Assembly: GCF_964213995.1 (NCBI RefSeq) | Contig: NC_135826.1 | Coordinates: 9,114,001-9,178,000, forward strand | Direction of reading: 5' to 3' | Source of the DNA: Mustelus asterias | Lineage: Eukaryota | Length of the DNA stretch: 64,000 nucleotides | Part shown: positions 23,921 through 36,981 of the stretch, piece after piece | Layout: each line of letters starts with the position of its first letter | Position numbering within the stretch: the first letter of the stretch is position 1 | Position numbers and translations under genes: made by a program | The notes under the pieces: model-generated | The model's input: only the letters and a program-made list of their open reading frames with translations | The model's database searches: none | Told to the model about the DNA's origin: nothing

Positions 23921-25094
23921 TTTGTTTCAGTATTTTTGGTTTGGATTTCAGACATCCGAGAAAAATAGCTGCATCTGTGTGGTTGAATTGTTAATTGTGA
24001 TCAAATCTGGTTCCCTTTGCTACAGGATGGGTTTTTAATTGGTTAACAAGATCCATATAGTGTTTCATCTCCTGTTAAGGATGTTATATACTTTAAAGAA
24101 TATGGTGAATGTCCAAGTTGGAAAACAAATATTGTACTAGGCGATCTCAATTCTGCCCTTAACTGTCACTTGCTAAGCCCAGAAGCAGATGTATCACAAT
24201 GTCTTCGAGGACATGAAGCCGTTTGTCCAGGAGCTTAAAGTCTTGTAAGACAATGAAAAGGGAGATTAAATCTAGAAAATCTGTCAATGGAAGGTGTAGG
24301 TCACGAACCAGCAGAACTTCTGGAAGTTGAAAGATGTGAAATATTGCATCCTCAACTTCTGGGTATCTCATTTCTTCATTATGACTAACTACTTAATTTG
24401 CCACAGATCAGTTCCTCCATTTGTTATTGGACATCTCCTGTTTACCTTTACACTAAACTTAAAGTTTGAGATGAGACCACAAAATTGTAATTACTTGTTC
24501 TACAATACAATGAATACACTAAACCAGGTAATCAAATTGTTCTGAAATATACAGCCAACAAGGCTTTTAAAGACTTTTTTTAAACCAAGTCAGAGCAGAG
24601 ATTGGAACAATATACTGAAATGCTGCAAGAGCTGTCTCAAGTATTGAGCAGAGTAATCAGCCTGAGAAGAGGAATCTTCTGGGAATTAAACATGGAAATT
24701 TACTCCAGTTGTCCCTCTGTAATTGTATGAACAAAAAGGCCAGGAATCGCAGCACCAAGAGCAGTTAACCGTATATTTGATTATGTTCTCTGCAAAACTG
24801 TGTCTGTCTTTGTATTCTACTACCTGTACGTGTGAGTGTGTGTGTGTCGCAGAATGTGTATTTGTGCATGTGAATAAGAATTGTGATTTACCAATTTAAA
24901 ACTCAGTCAATAAACTTGTTCTTCAATTTAAACTCAAAACCTGTATGATTAATTCTTTAGAATCTGACATTTGCATAATGGTATTCCTGCAGTATTGGCA
25001 AAGCACATCCTCACTAAATTTACTACAAAGCCCTGTTACAGCCAAACCTGGATTGGTAAAGTAGGGGAGTCTAACCCCTCCTCACGTGGTCATA

Positions 25095-25265
25095 GCCACC
25101 TTTTCTGTGGAGCCTTGTTGAATGCCTTCTGGAAGTCCAAGTGAATAATACCCAGTGAAACTTCCTCATCTCGCAGGTTAGTTACCACCTCAAAAACGTA
25201 AACCAATTTTGTTAAGGCATGACTAACCTTTTCACATCCGTGCTGGTTCTGTTTGATCAACTCAT
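25095..25265 (-). mobile_element. Degenerate CR1 RT fragment
   Basis: Translates LDFQKAFNKAPQKR. Confidence 0.6.
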
Positions 25266-26324
25266 ATACTGCCTCCATAACCCACCATACCTGGTCTAGC
25301 CTACACGTGGCTCCAGACCCATGACAAACTGGTTGACTCTTAAATGTCCTCGAGGCCAATTAGGGTTGCCAATAAACGGACACAGCCAGTGATGTTCTCA
25401 TGAATGAATTTAAGAAATGGTATGGAAAATTTCTGTAGGCATTGTGGATGCTATCCCTGACACCTTGGTGCCTTTTATCAACCAAACTATTACAATATTT
25501 TGTATGGCAAAAGCCAGGTTCACAACGCTTTTAGGTGAAAACTTTGCCTCACTCTTCTAATCAGTTGGATCCAATCATAAAACAACTCAAAACTTTACGA
25601 AAAGGAATGAACAAATTAAGAGTAAAGAAAACAGGAAGAAGAACTTCCAACAAGGAGTCGCTAAAGACATGAACATTGATCAAAGGCTAAACTAATGAAC
25701 AAAAAGCTGGATTTATTAAATTGCCCCAGATAATTCCAAAAACCTTTTTGGTTACCTTTTTTAGTTCTTTGTGGCATGAAATAATGTCCGTAGACTAGTA
25801 AAGACATGTAAAATTGTTACATTCATGAGACAATTACTAAATTGATGCATACAATGATATTCCTGTGTTTGAAAATGCCTGGAATTGAAGTTTCTGCAGA
25901 TTCACTGATGGGACTGATACAAGTAGCTAATGTACTTCCCACCGCAGGCAGGTTAAATGTCACCCTAAATGCAATTGGATCACCCCTTAATCTTCTACAG
26001 TTAAGGGAATATAATTCTCATCTCTGTATTCTGTTCTCCTAATTTAACTCTTTTAGCCCTGGCGAAAATGTTCTGGTAAATAATAGCTCCTGCCCCTGTT
26101 TGTGAATCCTGCTACAACTAGTTGAAGGTCACAGAGAACTTAAAACCTCCAAGCAGAGACCACTTTAGGAGAGATTTTAATCTATTTTTTTTGGGAAGGT
26201 AAAGATCCAACATCTACCTTTTCTGAGGTAAACACAAATGTTTAAGCAAACATGATAGCTGAAATCCTGAAAAAATACAGCAAGGACAACATGAAGTGTA
26301 GGTATAGTTGAAAACAGAAGGAAT

Positions 26325-26755
26325 TTTAATTTGATTTATTATTGTCGATGTATTAGTACACAGTGAAAAGTATTATTTCTTGCGCACTATACAAAGCATA
26401 CTGTTCATAGAGAAGGAAAGGGGAGAGTGCAGAATGTAGTGTTACAGTCATAACTAGGATGCAGAGAAAAATCAAAATGCAAGGTAGGTCCATTCAAAAG
26501 TCTGACAGCAGCAGGGAAGAAGCGGTTCTTGGGTCAGTTGGTACGTGGCCTCAGACTTTTGTATCTTTTTCCTGACGGTAGAAGGTGGAAGAGAGAATGT
26601 CTGGGGTGCGTGGGGTCCTTAATTATGCTGGCTGCTTTGCCGAGGCAGCGGGAAGCGTAGACCGAGTCAATGGATGGAAGGCTGGTTTAGCTAGGGTGTA
26701 GAGAAAGATCAACTTAATGCGAGGTAAGTCCATTCAAAGTCTGATAGCAGCAGTA
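26325..26755 (-). mobile_element. LINE 3' fragment (Rex1/Babar-like) with internal duplication
   Basis: ~26455-26512 is repeated at ~26692-26753; family assignment from recall. Confidence 0.45.
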
Positions 26756-27119
26756 ACGTGGTTTGGAGAAGTTTGGACTAGGTAATGCGTTCTAAATTCG
26801 GGTCAGGCTCTAAGGTAGCAGTCTTGCCTGACTTAGAAGGTGACATTTTTAATTTCTAGTCTAGAGACTGGAACACATGTTGGATCAAATCTTCCAATCT
26901 CTGGACCTTCAGGACAGGAACATTGGTAAGCTGATGTAAGCTATCACTTTAACAGCAGTTGTGGGTTCAAATGTTGAGCTGGAGACATGTTTGCCTCTTG
27001 TCTTGGCACTTCAGAAATCTTGCTTTCTGTCTCGCAACTTAAGTTAGTGAGAGAACAGGCGCGATGCTGGCATAGGGACGATGAAAGAAGAGTCAGGCAC
27101 CATATCCGCTAACTGACAC

Positions 27120-28960
27120 CTGCCGGAGTGTATAGGGAAAGGATGTTGTAAAAGGGATGTCGGACGAGGTTGTGTGTCAGGCAACTCAGCAGAGAAGTGA
27201 TCGTCCGCCTCTGTGATAACTTGCAGCGTGACCTGAAGTCAATCATCAGAGATCATCATAGAAACCCTACAGTACAGAAAGAGGCCATTCGGCCCATCGA
27301 GTCTGCACCGACCACAATCCCACCCAGGCCCTATCCCCATATCCCTACATATTTTACCCACTAATCTCTCTAACCCTCAAGGTCAAAAGGCTGTACTAGC
27401 CACCCTATTAGTGGCAATGAAAGTAACCACTGCATGGAATTTTTATTCATGTGGATCATTTCAGTCAGATACCGGTGACATGTACAACATATTCCAGGAT
27501 GCTGTGAAGACCTGCATTCACCAGGTGACTGAAGCAATCTACAGGCATTTTTGGCTTTGCAGGAGGTTACAAAGTGACTCAATGCTTCTTTGCAGGTGCT
27601 GAGAAAGACTTGTCTCTATATTGTGCACACTTTGAACCAAATCAGTCTGCTGCAGTGGGTCAGCACTAGTTAGATGATTCCCACTATCTGCCGCTGGCCA
27701 CGATATAACTGATCAAGAAATGCCAGTTAATTTGCACCACCTGTATTTTCAATGCCATCATCATTGCCCTGGCGGTGCCCGTGTGCTTGTGGAGATTCTG
27801 CTTCCAAAGGTACAGGTTCCTCGCCTCCCAAAATTTCTGACATAACATCACAGGCTTCCCTTTCCTCAGCAATCAAAAGGTTTCATGTAAAGACAGATTC
27901 TAACACCAACTCAAATCTCAGCTTCCTCCTCCAGTGCAGCTAACATACTACCATGGTGTGAAACATTCTCCTCCGCCCTTCCAGATCACCTCTTTCAGGA
28001 AGCTTGAACACTGCCAACAATTCACTTCATCTGATCTCTCCATGGACATCTATGTATCTGCCAGAGGAAAATCAAATCACATTTTTCTTGTCACGCAAAT
28101 TAACTTTCCCCCTACCGATGGTTTAAGCTTTCAGGTAATGACACCTTTGCTCATCCGCACTTCTGATCCATCATTGGTTATTGAGTGGTTGGAAATAGTA
28201 AACAGCAGCCTCGCCAATTCCTCCTTTGTGGATGTCACACCACCCTGGCCACTCCCCCACCCCTGACCCCCTCCCCACACACGCCTCCACCGCCCCCCTG
28301 CCCCTTGCCCACCACCCCGCCGCCCCCTGGTCAGCAAGTGCTCCTGACATTAGAGACCAACTTTGCCTAAAGGAAGAAATACAAATTTTAAAGCACACAT
28401 GCTCCAGACTTTGCTCTGCTGTCTTGTGATGCATTTTACAACTATGGAGACAACTTGTTAACTATACTCAAAGGAGGAGAGAGTGTGATTAGGGATAAAA
28501 CTAATCAAAGTTAGGACAATCTCCAACCCAACCGCATTTTATGACACTTTATAAAATTAGTCAACAAAAACAGCATTTCTGTTTTTTCAACTCAAAAACT
28601 AGGACTTTAAGTTTAACAAAATATCTTCTATACACATTCCCTCGCAAGATGCATTAAATCGTGACATGTTACTATTTGCACTCACTGTCTGGGCTAAGGA
28701 CATCACTTTCCTGGGCGGTTCCACTTTTCCAAGTCCTAGGAAATGTCTCAGTTGCACCTCATGGATAATACACAACTCTTCATCCTGGAAACTCTGACAT
28801 TGTTTCTTCTGGGCTATTATACTCTGCACTGATATCTTCTGCTTGCAAATACAAAAGTAGGCCACACTTAAAATTACTGGCCCCAGCACCAGGGCAAAGT
28901 AACTGGGGGTTATCCCAAAGAAGTGCTGGGAAACTGCCCCACACCCGGAAGCTTCTAGGT
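27120..28960. mobile_element. PIF/Harbinger transposon relic
   Basis: + strand KVTTAWNFYSCGSFQSDTGD..CIHQVTEAIY (HARBI1-like); convergent - strand Myb/SANT-like FQDEEL..HEV near 28760-28800; SINE tail at ~27255-27375. Ends uncertain. Confidence 0.6.
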
Positions 28961-29164
28961 AAAGATTGCACAGCAATTGCCCAATAAGTTCAAACTTCCT
29001 TTAGACAATTACCTTGCCCTGTGAACCATCCGATAATGTGATTTAAATCACAAACTTCAGATGCTGCCAATTGTTATACACCAATAGTTCCCCAGAAAAA
29101 GTTAAAAGAATTAAAACCACTTCTAGCTTCTTGGAACTGTAACACTGACCCATACTGGCTGCGG

Positions 29165-29266
29165 TAAGAAGTCTCACGACACCAGGTTAAAGTCCAACAG
29201 GTTTATTTGGTAGCAAATACCATAAGCTTTCGGAGCACTGCTCCTTCGTCAGATGGAGTGGAAATG
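29165..29266 (-). ncRNA. Penelope-like terminal repeat with minimal type I hammerhead ribozyme motif
   Basis: 29256-29220: CCAT-CTGACGA-A-GGAGC-AGT-GCTCC-GAAA-GC-TT-ATGG with a perfect helix II. Confidence 0.7.
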
Positions 29267-29309
29267 CCCCCCCCCCCCCACTTTATAAAATTCTTACAGG
29301 TTTGGACAA

Positions 29310-32300
29310 TGATGCGCGATAAATCACACACACGAGAGGCTGGATGTACCCGGGAAATAAAAGCTTTTATTACCAACAATAACGGAGCTACTATATACAA
29401 TATACAATCCCAGACTAAAGGGTCACCAGGCAGAGCAGTGACCTTTATACCTCTCCCGGAAGGCGGAGCCAACTGGAGTGTACCATAGGACTATATTACC
29501 AGGTAGAACAGCCCAACCCTAACCCCAACAGTAACATATCTACAGACTCATAGTGCTGGCCAAACCATGGCTCAGCACCCTGGTGGTAACCAACAATGGT
29601 TCACCACATTCACCCCTCCTTTAAAAACAAAGGCCGGCGGGGCACAAAAAAAACAGAACAACTGTTCATCTGTCTATAAGTTCAATTGTTTTGGGGGACC
29701 GCACCGTCTCTGCGACCTCCCCAACAATGGCGATGACGCCGGTTCAGGCAATCGCAGTGACCTTCTCTCCAAGGCGGTGTCCAGTAGCTCCTCCAATTCC
29801 TCACGGGCCGGTAGACCACGAGGTGGTGACAATCCGCTGGACTCGAGCACGCCTCGAGGTGGCGACAATCTCCTGGACTCAGGTAAGCTGTACACGGGAG
29901 TAAGAGGGTTAAGTGGTGGTCCCGATACTGCCCGCACCGTGTCAGGAGGAGAGATAATGGTCGGGGGGTGTGGGAGCGACTGGGGTTTCCAAGCCCCCTG
30001 CAGGCGCCAGATCTCGAATCGAGACCGTGTCCTCTCGCCCGTCAGGATATGCCACATAGGCATATTGAGGGTTGGCGTGAAGGAGATGGACCTGTTCAAC
30101 CAAAGGGTCGGACTTGCGGGTCCTAACATGCTGCCGCAGGAGGACAGGTCCTGAGTACATCAACCAAGACAGTAATGAGGTCCCAGAGGAAGACTTCCTA
30201 GGGAATGAAAACATTCTCTCATGAGGAGTAGCGTTGGTTGCCGTACACAGGAGTGAGCGGATGGAATGGAGCGCATCAGAGAGTACCTCTTGCCAACGGG
30301 AGACTGGAAGACCTTTAGACCTCAACGCCAGTAAGACAGCCTTCCAGACTGTAGCATTCTCTTGTTCAACCTGTCCGTTACCCCTAGGGTTGTAGCTCGT
30401 GGTTCTACTAGAGGCAATCCCATGTGAGAGCAGGTATTGCCTCAAGTCGTCGCTCATGAACGACGAGCCCCTATCGCTGTGGATATAACAGGGGTAACCG
30501 AACAGGGTGAAAAGATCCCGTAATGCTTTGATAACCGTGGCAGCGGTCATATCAGAACAGGGAATGACAAAAGGGAATCGTGAGTACTCGTCAATCACAT
30601 TGAGGAAGTACACGTTCCGATCTGTCGAGGGAAGGGGGCCCTTGAAGTCCACACTCAGTCTTTCGAAAGGACGAGTGGCCTTAATGAGGTGTGCCCTGTC
30701 AGGTCGGTAGAAGTGCGGTTTGCATTCCGCGCATACCTGGCAGCTTCTGGTTATGGACCTGACATCCTCCACCGAGTCGGGTAGATTCCGGGCCTTTATA
30801 AAATGGAAGAGCCGAGTGACCCCCGGATGGCAGAGGTCATTGTGGAGAGCCTGTAATCGATTCTCCTGCACACTAGCACATGTTCCACGCGACAGGGCGT
30901 CCAAGGGCTCATTGAGCTTCCCTGGACGGTACATGATATCATAATTGTAGGAGGAGAGTTCGATTCTCCACCTCAAGATTTTATCATTCTTGATCTTACC
31001 CCGTAACGTGTTGTTGAACATGATCGCCACGGACCGCTGGTCCGTGAGCAGAGTGAACCGTTTTCCTGCCAAGTAATGGCGCCAATGCCGAACGGCCTCC
31101 ACAGTGGCCTGGGCCTCTTTTTCCACCACAGAATGCCGAATTTCAGGGCCTTGGAGGGTGCGAGAGAAAAAGGCGACGGGCCTGCCCACCTGGTTAAGTG
31201 TGGCGGCCAGGGCGAAATCAGATGCATCACTCTCCACCTGGAAGGGGATGGACTCATCAATAGCGTGCATCGTGGCTTTCGCGATGTCGGCTTTTATTCC
31301 TGCAAAGGCTAAGCGAGCCTCTGTTGTTAGGGGAAAGGAGGTAGACTTGATGAGCGGACGGGCTTTGTCCGCGTAATTGGGAACCCACTGTGCATAGTAT
31401 GAGAAGAAGCCTAAACATCTTCTCAGTGCTTTGATGCTAGTGGGCAGGGGGAGTTCGAGGAGGGGACGCATACGGTCTGGATCAGGGCCAAGGACCCCGT
31501 TTTCCACCACGTATCCGAGGATAGCTAGGCAGCGCTTGCGAAATACACACTTCTCCCTGTTGTAGGTCAGATTCAGGCGAGACGCAGTGCATAAGAATCT
31601 AAGAAGGTTGGCATCGTGGTCCTGCTGGTCATGGCCGCAGATGGTGACATTATCCAGGTACGGGAAGGTAGCCCGCAGCCCGTTCTGGTCCACCATTCGG
31701 TCCATAGCACGCTGGAAGACCGAGACCCCATTCGTGACACCAAAGGGAACCCTTAAAAAGTGGTACAGACGACCATCCGCCTCAAAGGCCGTGTATTTTC
31801 GGTCCTCTGGGCGAATGGGGAGCTGGTGGTAAGCAGACTTCAAGTCAATGGTGGAGAACACGGTACTGCACAATCTGATTGACCATGTCAGATATGCGTG
31901 GGAGGGGATACGCATCCAGCTGCGTGTATCTGTTAATGGTCTGACTATAGTCTATGACCATCCGGGGTTTGTTCCCATTCTTAACCACCACGACTTGGGC
32001 TCTCCATGGACTAGCGCTAGGTTGGATGATCCCTTCCTTGAAGAGCCGCTGAACTTCAGATCGAATGAAGATCCGATCCTCAGCGCTGTAACGCCTGCTC
32101 TTTGTTGTGATGGGCTTGCAGCCTGGCACGAGATTCTGGAATAGGGAGGGTGGGGTAATCCTGAGCGTCAAGAGACTACATGTGGAGCGCTTTGTGCAAT
32201 TTAGAGGCTGCAGTGTTCCCACTGAAAGCGGAGGGAGTGGCCCATCGTACTGCAGGGTTACACTCTTCAGGTGGACCATAAAATCTAGTCCGAGGAGTAT

Positions 32301-33999
32301 CGGCGCGCAAAGGTGCGGTAACACAAGGAGCCTGAAGTTCTCGTAAACCGTGCCCTGCACCGTCAGGTTGACCACGCAGCTCCCTAGCATGGTGACAGGC
32401 CGGGACCTTGACGCCATCGAAATTGTCTGCTTGACAGTCCGAATCTGGAGACCGCACCGCTTCACGGTGTCAGGGTGAATGAAGCTCTCCGTGCTCCCGC
32501 TGTCAAACAAACAATAAATCTGGCGTCCGTTTACCTGTATGTCCATCATGGACTTGTCGAGTCTGTGAGGCTTGGCCTGGTCCAGGATGATTGACGCCAC
32601 CGTTGGATCGTGGGTGCAACTGCAGGCAGCTGAGCTGGTTGATGACGGCCCCTGCTGGTCATTTGCGGTCGGTGCCAACCAAAATGGCTGCCCCCATAGG
32701 TCGCACGTGGTCGATGGCGCCAAAAACGGCGGCCCCTGCAGGTCGCACGTGTCTTGCGACTCCGTCGTTAGGAATGGCGACGCTCTGGAATCGCATGTGG
32801 TGAAAGACCTCACAGACGCTGAAGACAGGGAGACCGGCTCCGGGGAATCACACGCCGCACAGCTATGTTTGGAGGGTGGTTTGGTCTGGCATACTTTGGA
32901 ATAATGCCCCTTCTTGCCACAGGCGGAGCACAATACCGCTTTAGCTGGACATCGCTGCCGAGGGTGTTTCACCCCCCCACAGAAGTAACACCTCAGGCCT
33001 CCTGGAGCTGCTGCCGTCGTCAGGTCTGTGGCTGGAAACGCAATCGCGCAGTTTTTCAAAACCGCTGAATAAAGTGGAGTCTGCGGCTGCACCTGCCACA
33101 ATGTCCCCACGCGGTCGTCGGGGTACATCTCCAGACTTTTGGAGGCCGTTTCTAGAGCGTCAGCTAATTCTACGGTTTTAGTGAGGTCGAGGTTACCTTG
33201 CTCTAGCAGCCGAAGGCGAATGTACGACGAGCCGATTCCCGCCACGAACGCATCTCAAACTAGGTCGCTCATATACTGGGCTGCCGACACTGGCTTGCAG
33301 TTGCAGGCTCTGGCTAGCTGCTGAAGTTCACACAGGTACTGTTCTGTCGTTTCGCCAGGCTGCCGCCGTCGAGTGGCTAGAAGGTGTCGAGCATGAATCT
33401 CATTCGGCGGTTTGTTGTATCGCTTATTGAGAAGCTCGATGGCCCCTTTATAGTTTTGGGCCTCACGGATCGCTAAGTATACAGCGTCGCTTACCCTCGC
33501 GTGGAGGACCCGCAGTCTGTCGGCGTCGTTTTGAACCGCTGTGGAGGCGTCGAGGTAATCTTGGAAACACTTCAACCAATGGTCGAAAGTGTTTGATGCT
33601 CCCGCCGCACGTGGATCCAACGTAAGCCGCTCGGGTTTCAGCATTTGCTCCATGGTTTTCTTTTGTTTTTTTTGTCAAAAAAAAATTTTGTTGGTCATAA
33701 AATTGATGCGCGATAAATCACACGGGAGGCTGGATGTACCCGGGAAATAAAGGCTTTTATTACCAACAATAACGGAGCTACTATATACAATATACAATCC
33801 CAGACTAAAGGGTCACCAGGCAGAGCAGTGATCTTTATACCTCTCCCGGAAGGCGGAGCCAACTGGGGTGTACCATAGGACTATATTACCAGGTAGAACA
33901 GCCCAACCCTAACCCCAACAGTAACATATCTACAGACTCATAGTGCTGGCCAGACCATGGCTCAGCACTCCTGGTGGTAACCAACAATGGTTCACCACA
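29310..33999 (-). mobile_element. Complete Ty3/Gypsy LTR retrotransposon (defective)
   Basis: LTRs 29310-29608 and 33704-33999 (TG..CA), TSD GACAA, PPT 29609-29622; inserted into a CR1 3' fragment. Confidence 0.95.
29942..33653 (-). pseudogene. Gypsy gag-pol (CCHC x2, protease, RT, RNase H, integrase)
   Basis: CYFCGGVKHPRQRC, CSACGKKGHYSKVC, LFDSGS, PFGV, YLDN, SDASD, HHCC and DDE integrase; TGA at 33255 and frameshift near 31860. Confidence 0.9.
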
Positions 34000-34360
34000 G
34001 ACAAGGTAGCCTCAGAAAGAATGTTCCCAATGGTGGGGGAGGAGTCCAGAACTAGGTGCCATAGTTTGAGGACAAGGGGTAAGCCTTTTAGAACTGAGGT
34101 AAGGAAAAATTTCTTCACTCAGAGGGTGGTGAATCTGTGGAATTCACAACCACAGAAAGTTGTTCAGGCCAAAACCTTGTCTGATTTCAAAAATAAATTA
34201 GATATAGCTCTTGGGGCTAAAGGGATCAAGAGATATGGGGGGGGGAGGGGGGGCGAAGGGAAGGGGGTATCAGAATGTTGAATTCGATGATCAGCCATGA
34301 TCAAAATGAATGGCGGAGCAAGCTCAAAGAGCCGAATGGACTGTTCCTGTTTCTAAGTGT
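34000..34360 (+). mobile_element. CR1 3' fragment (continues 29283-29309)
   Basis: KFLTGLDK|VASERMFPMV..SRTR.HSL..RKNFFTQRVVNLWNS. Confidence 0.8.
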
Positions 34361-35700
34361 CTCACTAAGAGGTCTGGAGGCTTGTAAGTTTTAACATGAA
34401 GTGTTTATTGACAACTCATCACCATATACATCTCAAGGAGCCGCTCTGCATGGTGATGGCTCCATGCTTGATTTTTCCAGAATTTTCTTCACAAAGTCGA
34501 CTATAACATGATTCTCCACATCAGTATGTGGGCAGTACTGTACCCAGCCCCATGTTAAATCTTGCTACTACATACCCTTATATTTTACTTCCCCTAACTT
34601 TTACCCAACGTAGTTACATTACCATTATGCTACCCCTTCTCCTCCCCTCAAGTCTCTGATTTTATAAAGTCAGACAATCTGGAGGCTTTACGACTCTGTC
34701 AGATCTTGATCTTTTTACATTAAGAGAAGTGGTAGTGTTGGGTGCTTTGAGTTGACTTTGATGGTTCGGAGTTGAAATTGTAGTATACTGTCTCTCCAGT
34801 AATTGGGAGTCTTAAGTACCCAGGTTTCAACATTTGATTCACCTCTTGGACTCTTTAGTGTTACCTTTTTTCTTTTATTAATAATCTGCCTTCTCTGATC
34901 GCATGTCATGGGCTTATCACATACTTTCCAGAGAGAATATCCATTCTGTTCATCCCTAGGGTGGACTTGGGTTTTCTTTTCCTGTGGAGTTCACCATGAT
35001 CTTGCTGGAAGTTGATGTCTCAAAAATGGAACCTTCATTTCCACTTGTTTCACAATTGCACCCAAACATTCCATTACTTTCTTGTTCTTCATTTCTTTCT
35101 CAAGCTTGTTAATCATTACATTCTGCTCAGCAACTGCTCTGAAGAGTTCAGTTGTCTTTGTTTCAGAGTTATCTGTGGCACTCTTACACAAGCTTAGCAA
35201 CTTCATCTGTTCCTTTCAGAGTCTTTCTTCGATGGTCACTGACCGTTCCTAAGACTCTTCCCATTCACTCATTAGATCCTCAAGCTGTTTCTTAGAATGT
35301 TTCTTTTCCACTTTTAAAGCCTGGATTTGCTCTTCCATTTTGCGCATCTCATCTCCTATGTTCTTCAGATTGGATCGAAATTCAAGAATTTCATCAGCTT
35401 TGGTTGTTAATTTTATATTTAAGCAACTGTTTGGATTCATCAGTAATTCTTTGTCCTGCTCCAAGCTCTTTTCACAATGCTTACTAGACATTTTGACACT
35501 TGAATTTCATAATTTAGGTGATTCAAAGCTAGGGCCTTGCTTGCTCCAAAAACCAAATCAAATTCAAATTGAATCCAATTCATAGGCCCTAGACACACAA
35601 ATCCAAACTGACAAGAAAAAGCATTGCACCTGATCTTGGCCTTGATTGATGCTTGATCAATCTTTTGGGCACTTGATCTTAGCGAAAAGGCTGAGAACCA
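34360..35700 (-). mobile_element. LTR-element-like relic with degenerate coiled-coil ORF
   Basis: Coiled-coil frame 35491-34991 with two stops, RSDRVVKPPD-type terminus, purine tract at 34632-34649, AATAAA near 34405. Confidence 0.4.
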
Positions 35701-35722
35701 CCTCACACTTGCAGTATTTCTT

Positions 35723-36477
35723 TTGATACCAATCAAGTAAACGAACTCAAATTAACTTAGGGACAAAGTAAAAGGGGCAGCTCCCCAAAAGGAAGGGGGG
35801 AACAGCCCGAACCAAAAACAAAGTCGAAAGGAAACTTAAAACGTCAAACCAAAAGGTGATTATCGAGGTCGATAATACACCCCAGCCCCTGCGGCGCCCA
35901 GCGGTCGCGGAAGGCGTCAACCGCGCCCGTGGACACCGCATGCTCCCTCTCCAGAGACACCTGGCCGCGAATGTAGCCGCGGTAGAGGGGCAGACAATCG
36001 GGATGGACGGCCCCGTCGATCGCCCGCTGCCTGGACCTATTGATGGCGCGTCTCGCCAGGCCCAGGAGCAGGTTCACGAGGAGGTCGGCATCCCGACCCG
36101 CCCCTCTCCGCACCAGGTGCCCGTAGATCAGGAGCGTGGGACTGAAGTGCAAACAAAACATCAATAAGAGGTGTTTGAGGAAACCAAAAAGGGTGTGCAG
36201 CCTAAAACACAGAACGTAGACATGGTCCACGGACTACACGAGGCCACAGAAAGGGCAGTCTCGGGAGCCCGTGAACCGGAAAAACCTACGGTTGCACGGC
36301 ACTGCTGCGTGCAGCACCCTCCACCCCAGGTCCCGAGATAATTGGGGGAGATCCCTCCGTAGAGGGACCTCCACTGGGGACCTCCGCCGCTCGGCGGCAA
36401 CAAGGCCCGCCAAGGTGTATCCGGGCGACGGGCAAGGACGCGGTAGTGAAAGGTGTGCAGCAGCAGCCCGTACAGGA
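35723..36477 (-). mobile_element. Tx1-clade LINE, 5'-truncated, with 12-bp TSD
   Basis: Near-identical to 5823-6550; GCAGTATTTCTT at 35711-35722 and 36478-36489. Confidence 0.88.
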
Positions 36478-36612
36478 GCAGTATTTCTTATATTTTCACT
36501 TGCTTGAAATGCCTCTTAATAATCCAATGAATTTTATTGGAAAAGTCTGTGTGTGATTAGTATGTGATTAAAAACCCTATTTGTGATACTCACTGCAATT
36601 ATTAACTGCAAG

Positions 36613-36745
36613 ATTGGTTGTTCTATTATGTGAATTTCAATTGGTTAGTTTAACAAAGTGCCTTCGCAAGCTGATCGGATCAGGTGTATAAAAGCATTGC
36701 ATATGCCACTGATTGGAAGGCAGATCAAGTTTGTAGGAAGTAAGG
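36613..36745 (+). promoter_or_regulatory. Candidate promoter and non-coding exon 1 of perilipin C
   Basis: ATTGG at 36613 and 36640, TATAAAA at 36687, donor GTAAGG at 36740. Confidence 0.6.
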
Positions 36746-36981
36746 GTGTTTCAATGGCTTTAATTCAGTGTGGGAAACTGAAGGCGAGCTTTAATATTGT
36801 TAAATTTCTGCTAGATTGAGGCTTAGTTTTTTTAAAGTATGTTGTAGCTATTGTTCTGATAGGTACATTGTAGATCAGTTTGTTTAAATTTCTAGGCTGT
36901 AGTAGTTTTGGGGGATTGGAGTTGCAGTAAATTTGAGAAATGGTTGTCTCTTTCTTTCTAAGTAGATTTTTGCAGCTCATC

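Noticed and set aside
24070-25095. Possible solo LTR (also near 43005-44270 and 52013-52200)
   Set aside because: No clean TG..CA ends or TSD could be confirmed.
27411-27602. HARBI1 or GTF2IRD2-type domesticated genes (also 53850-55270)
   Set aside because: Short, stop-ridden fragments; treated as transposon relics.
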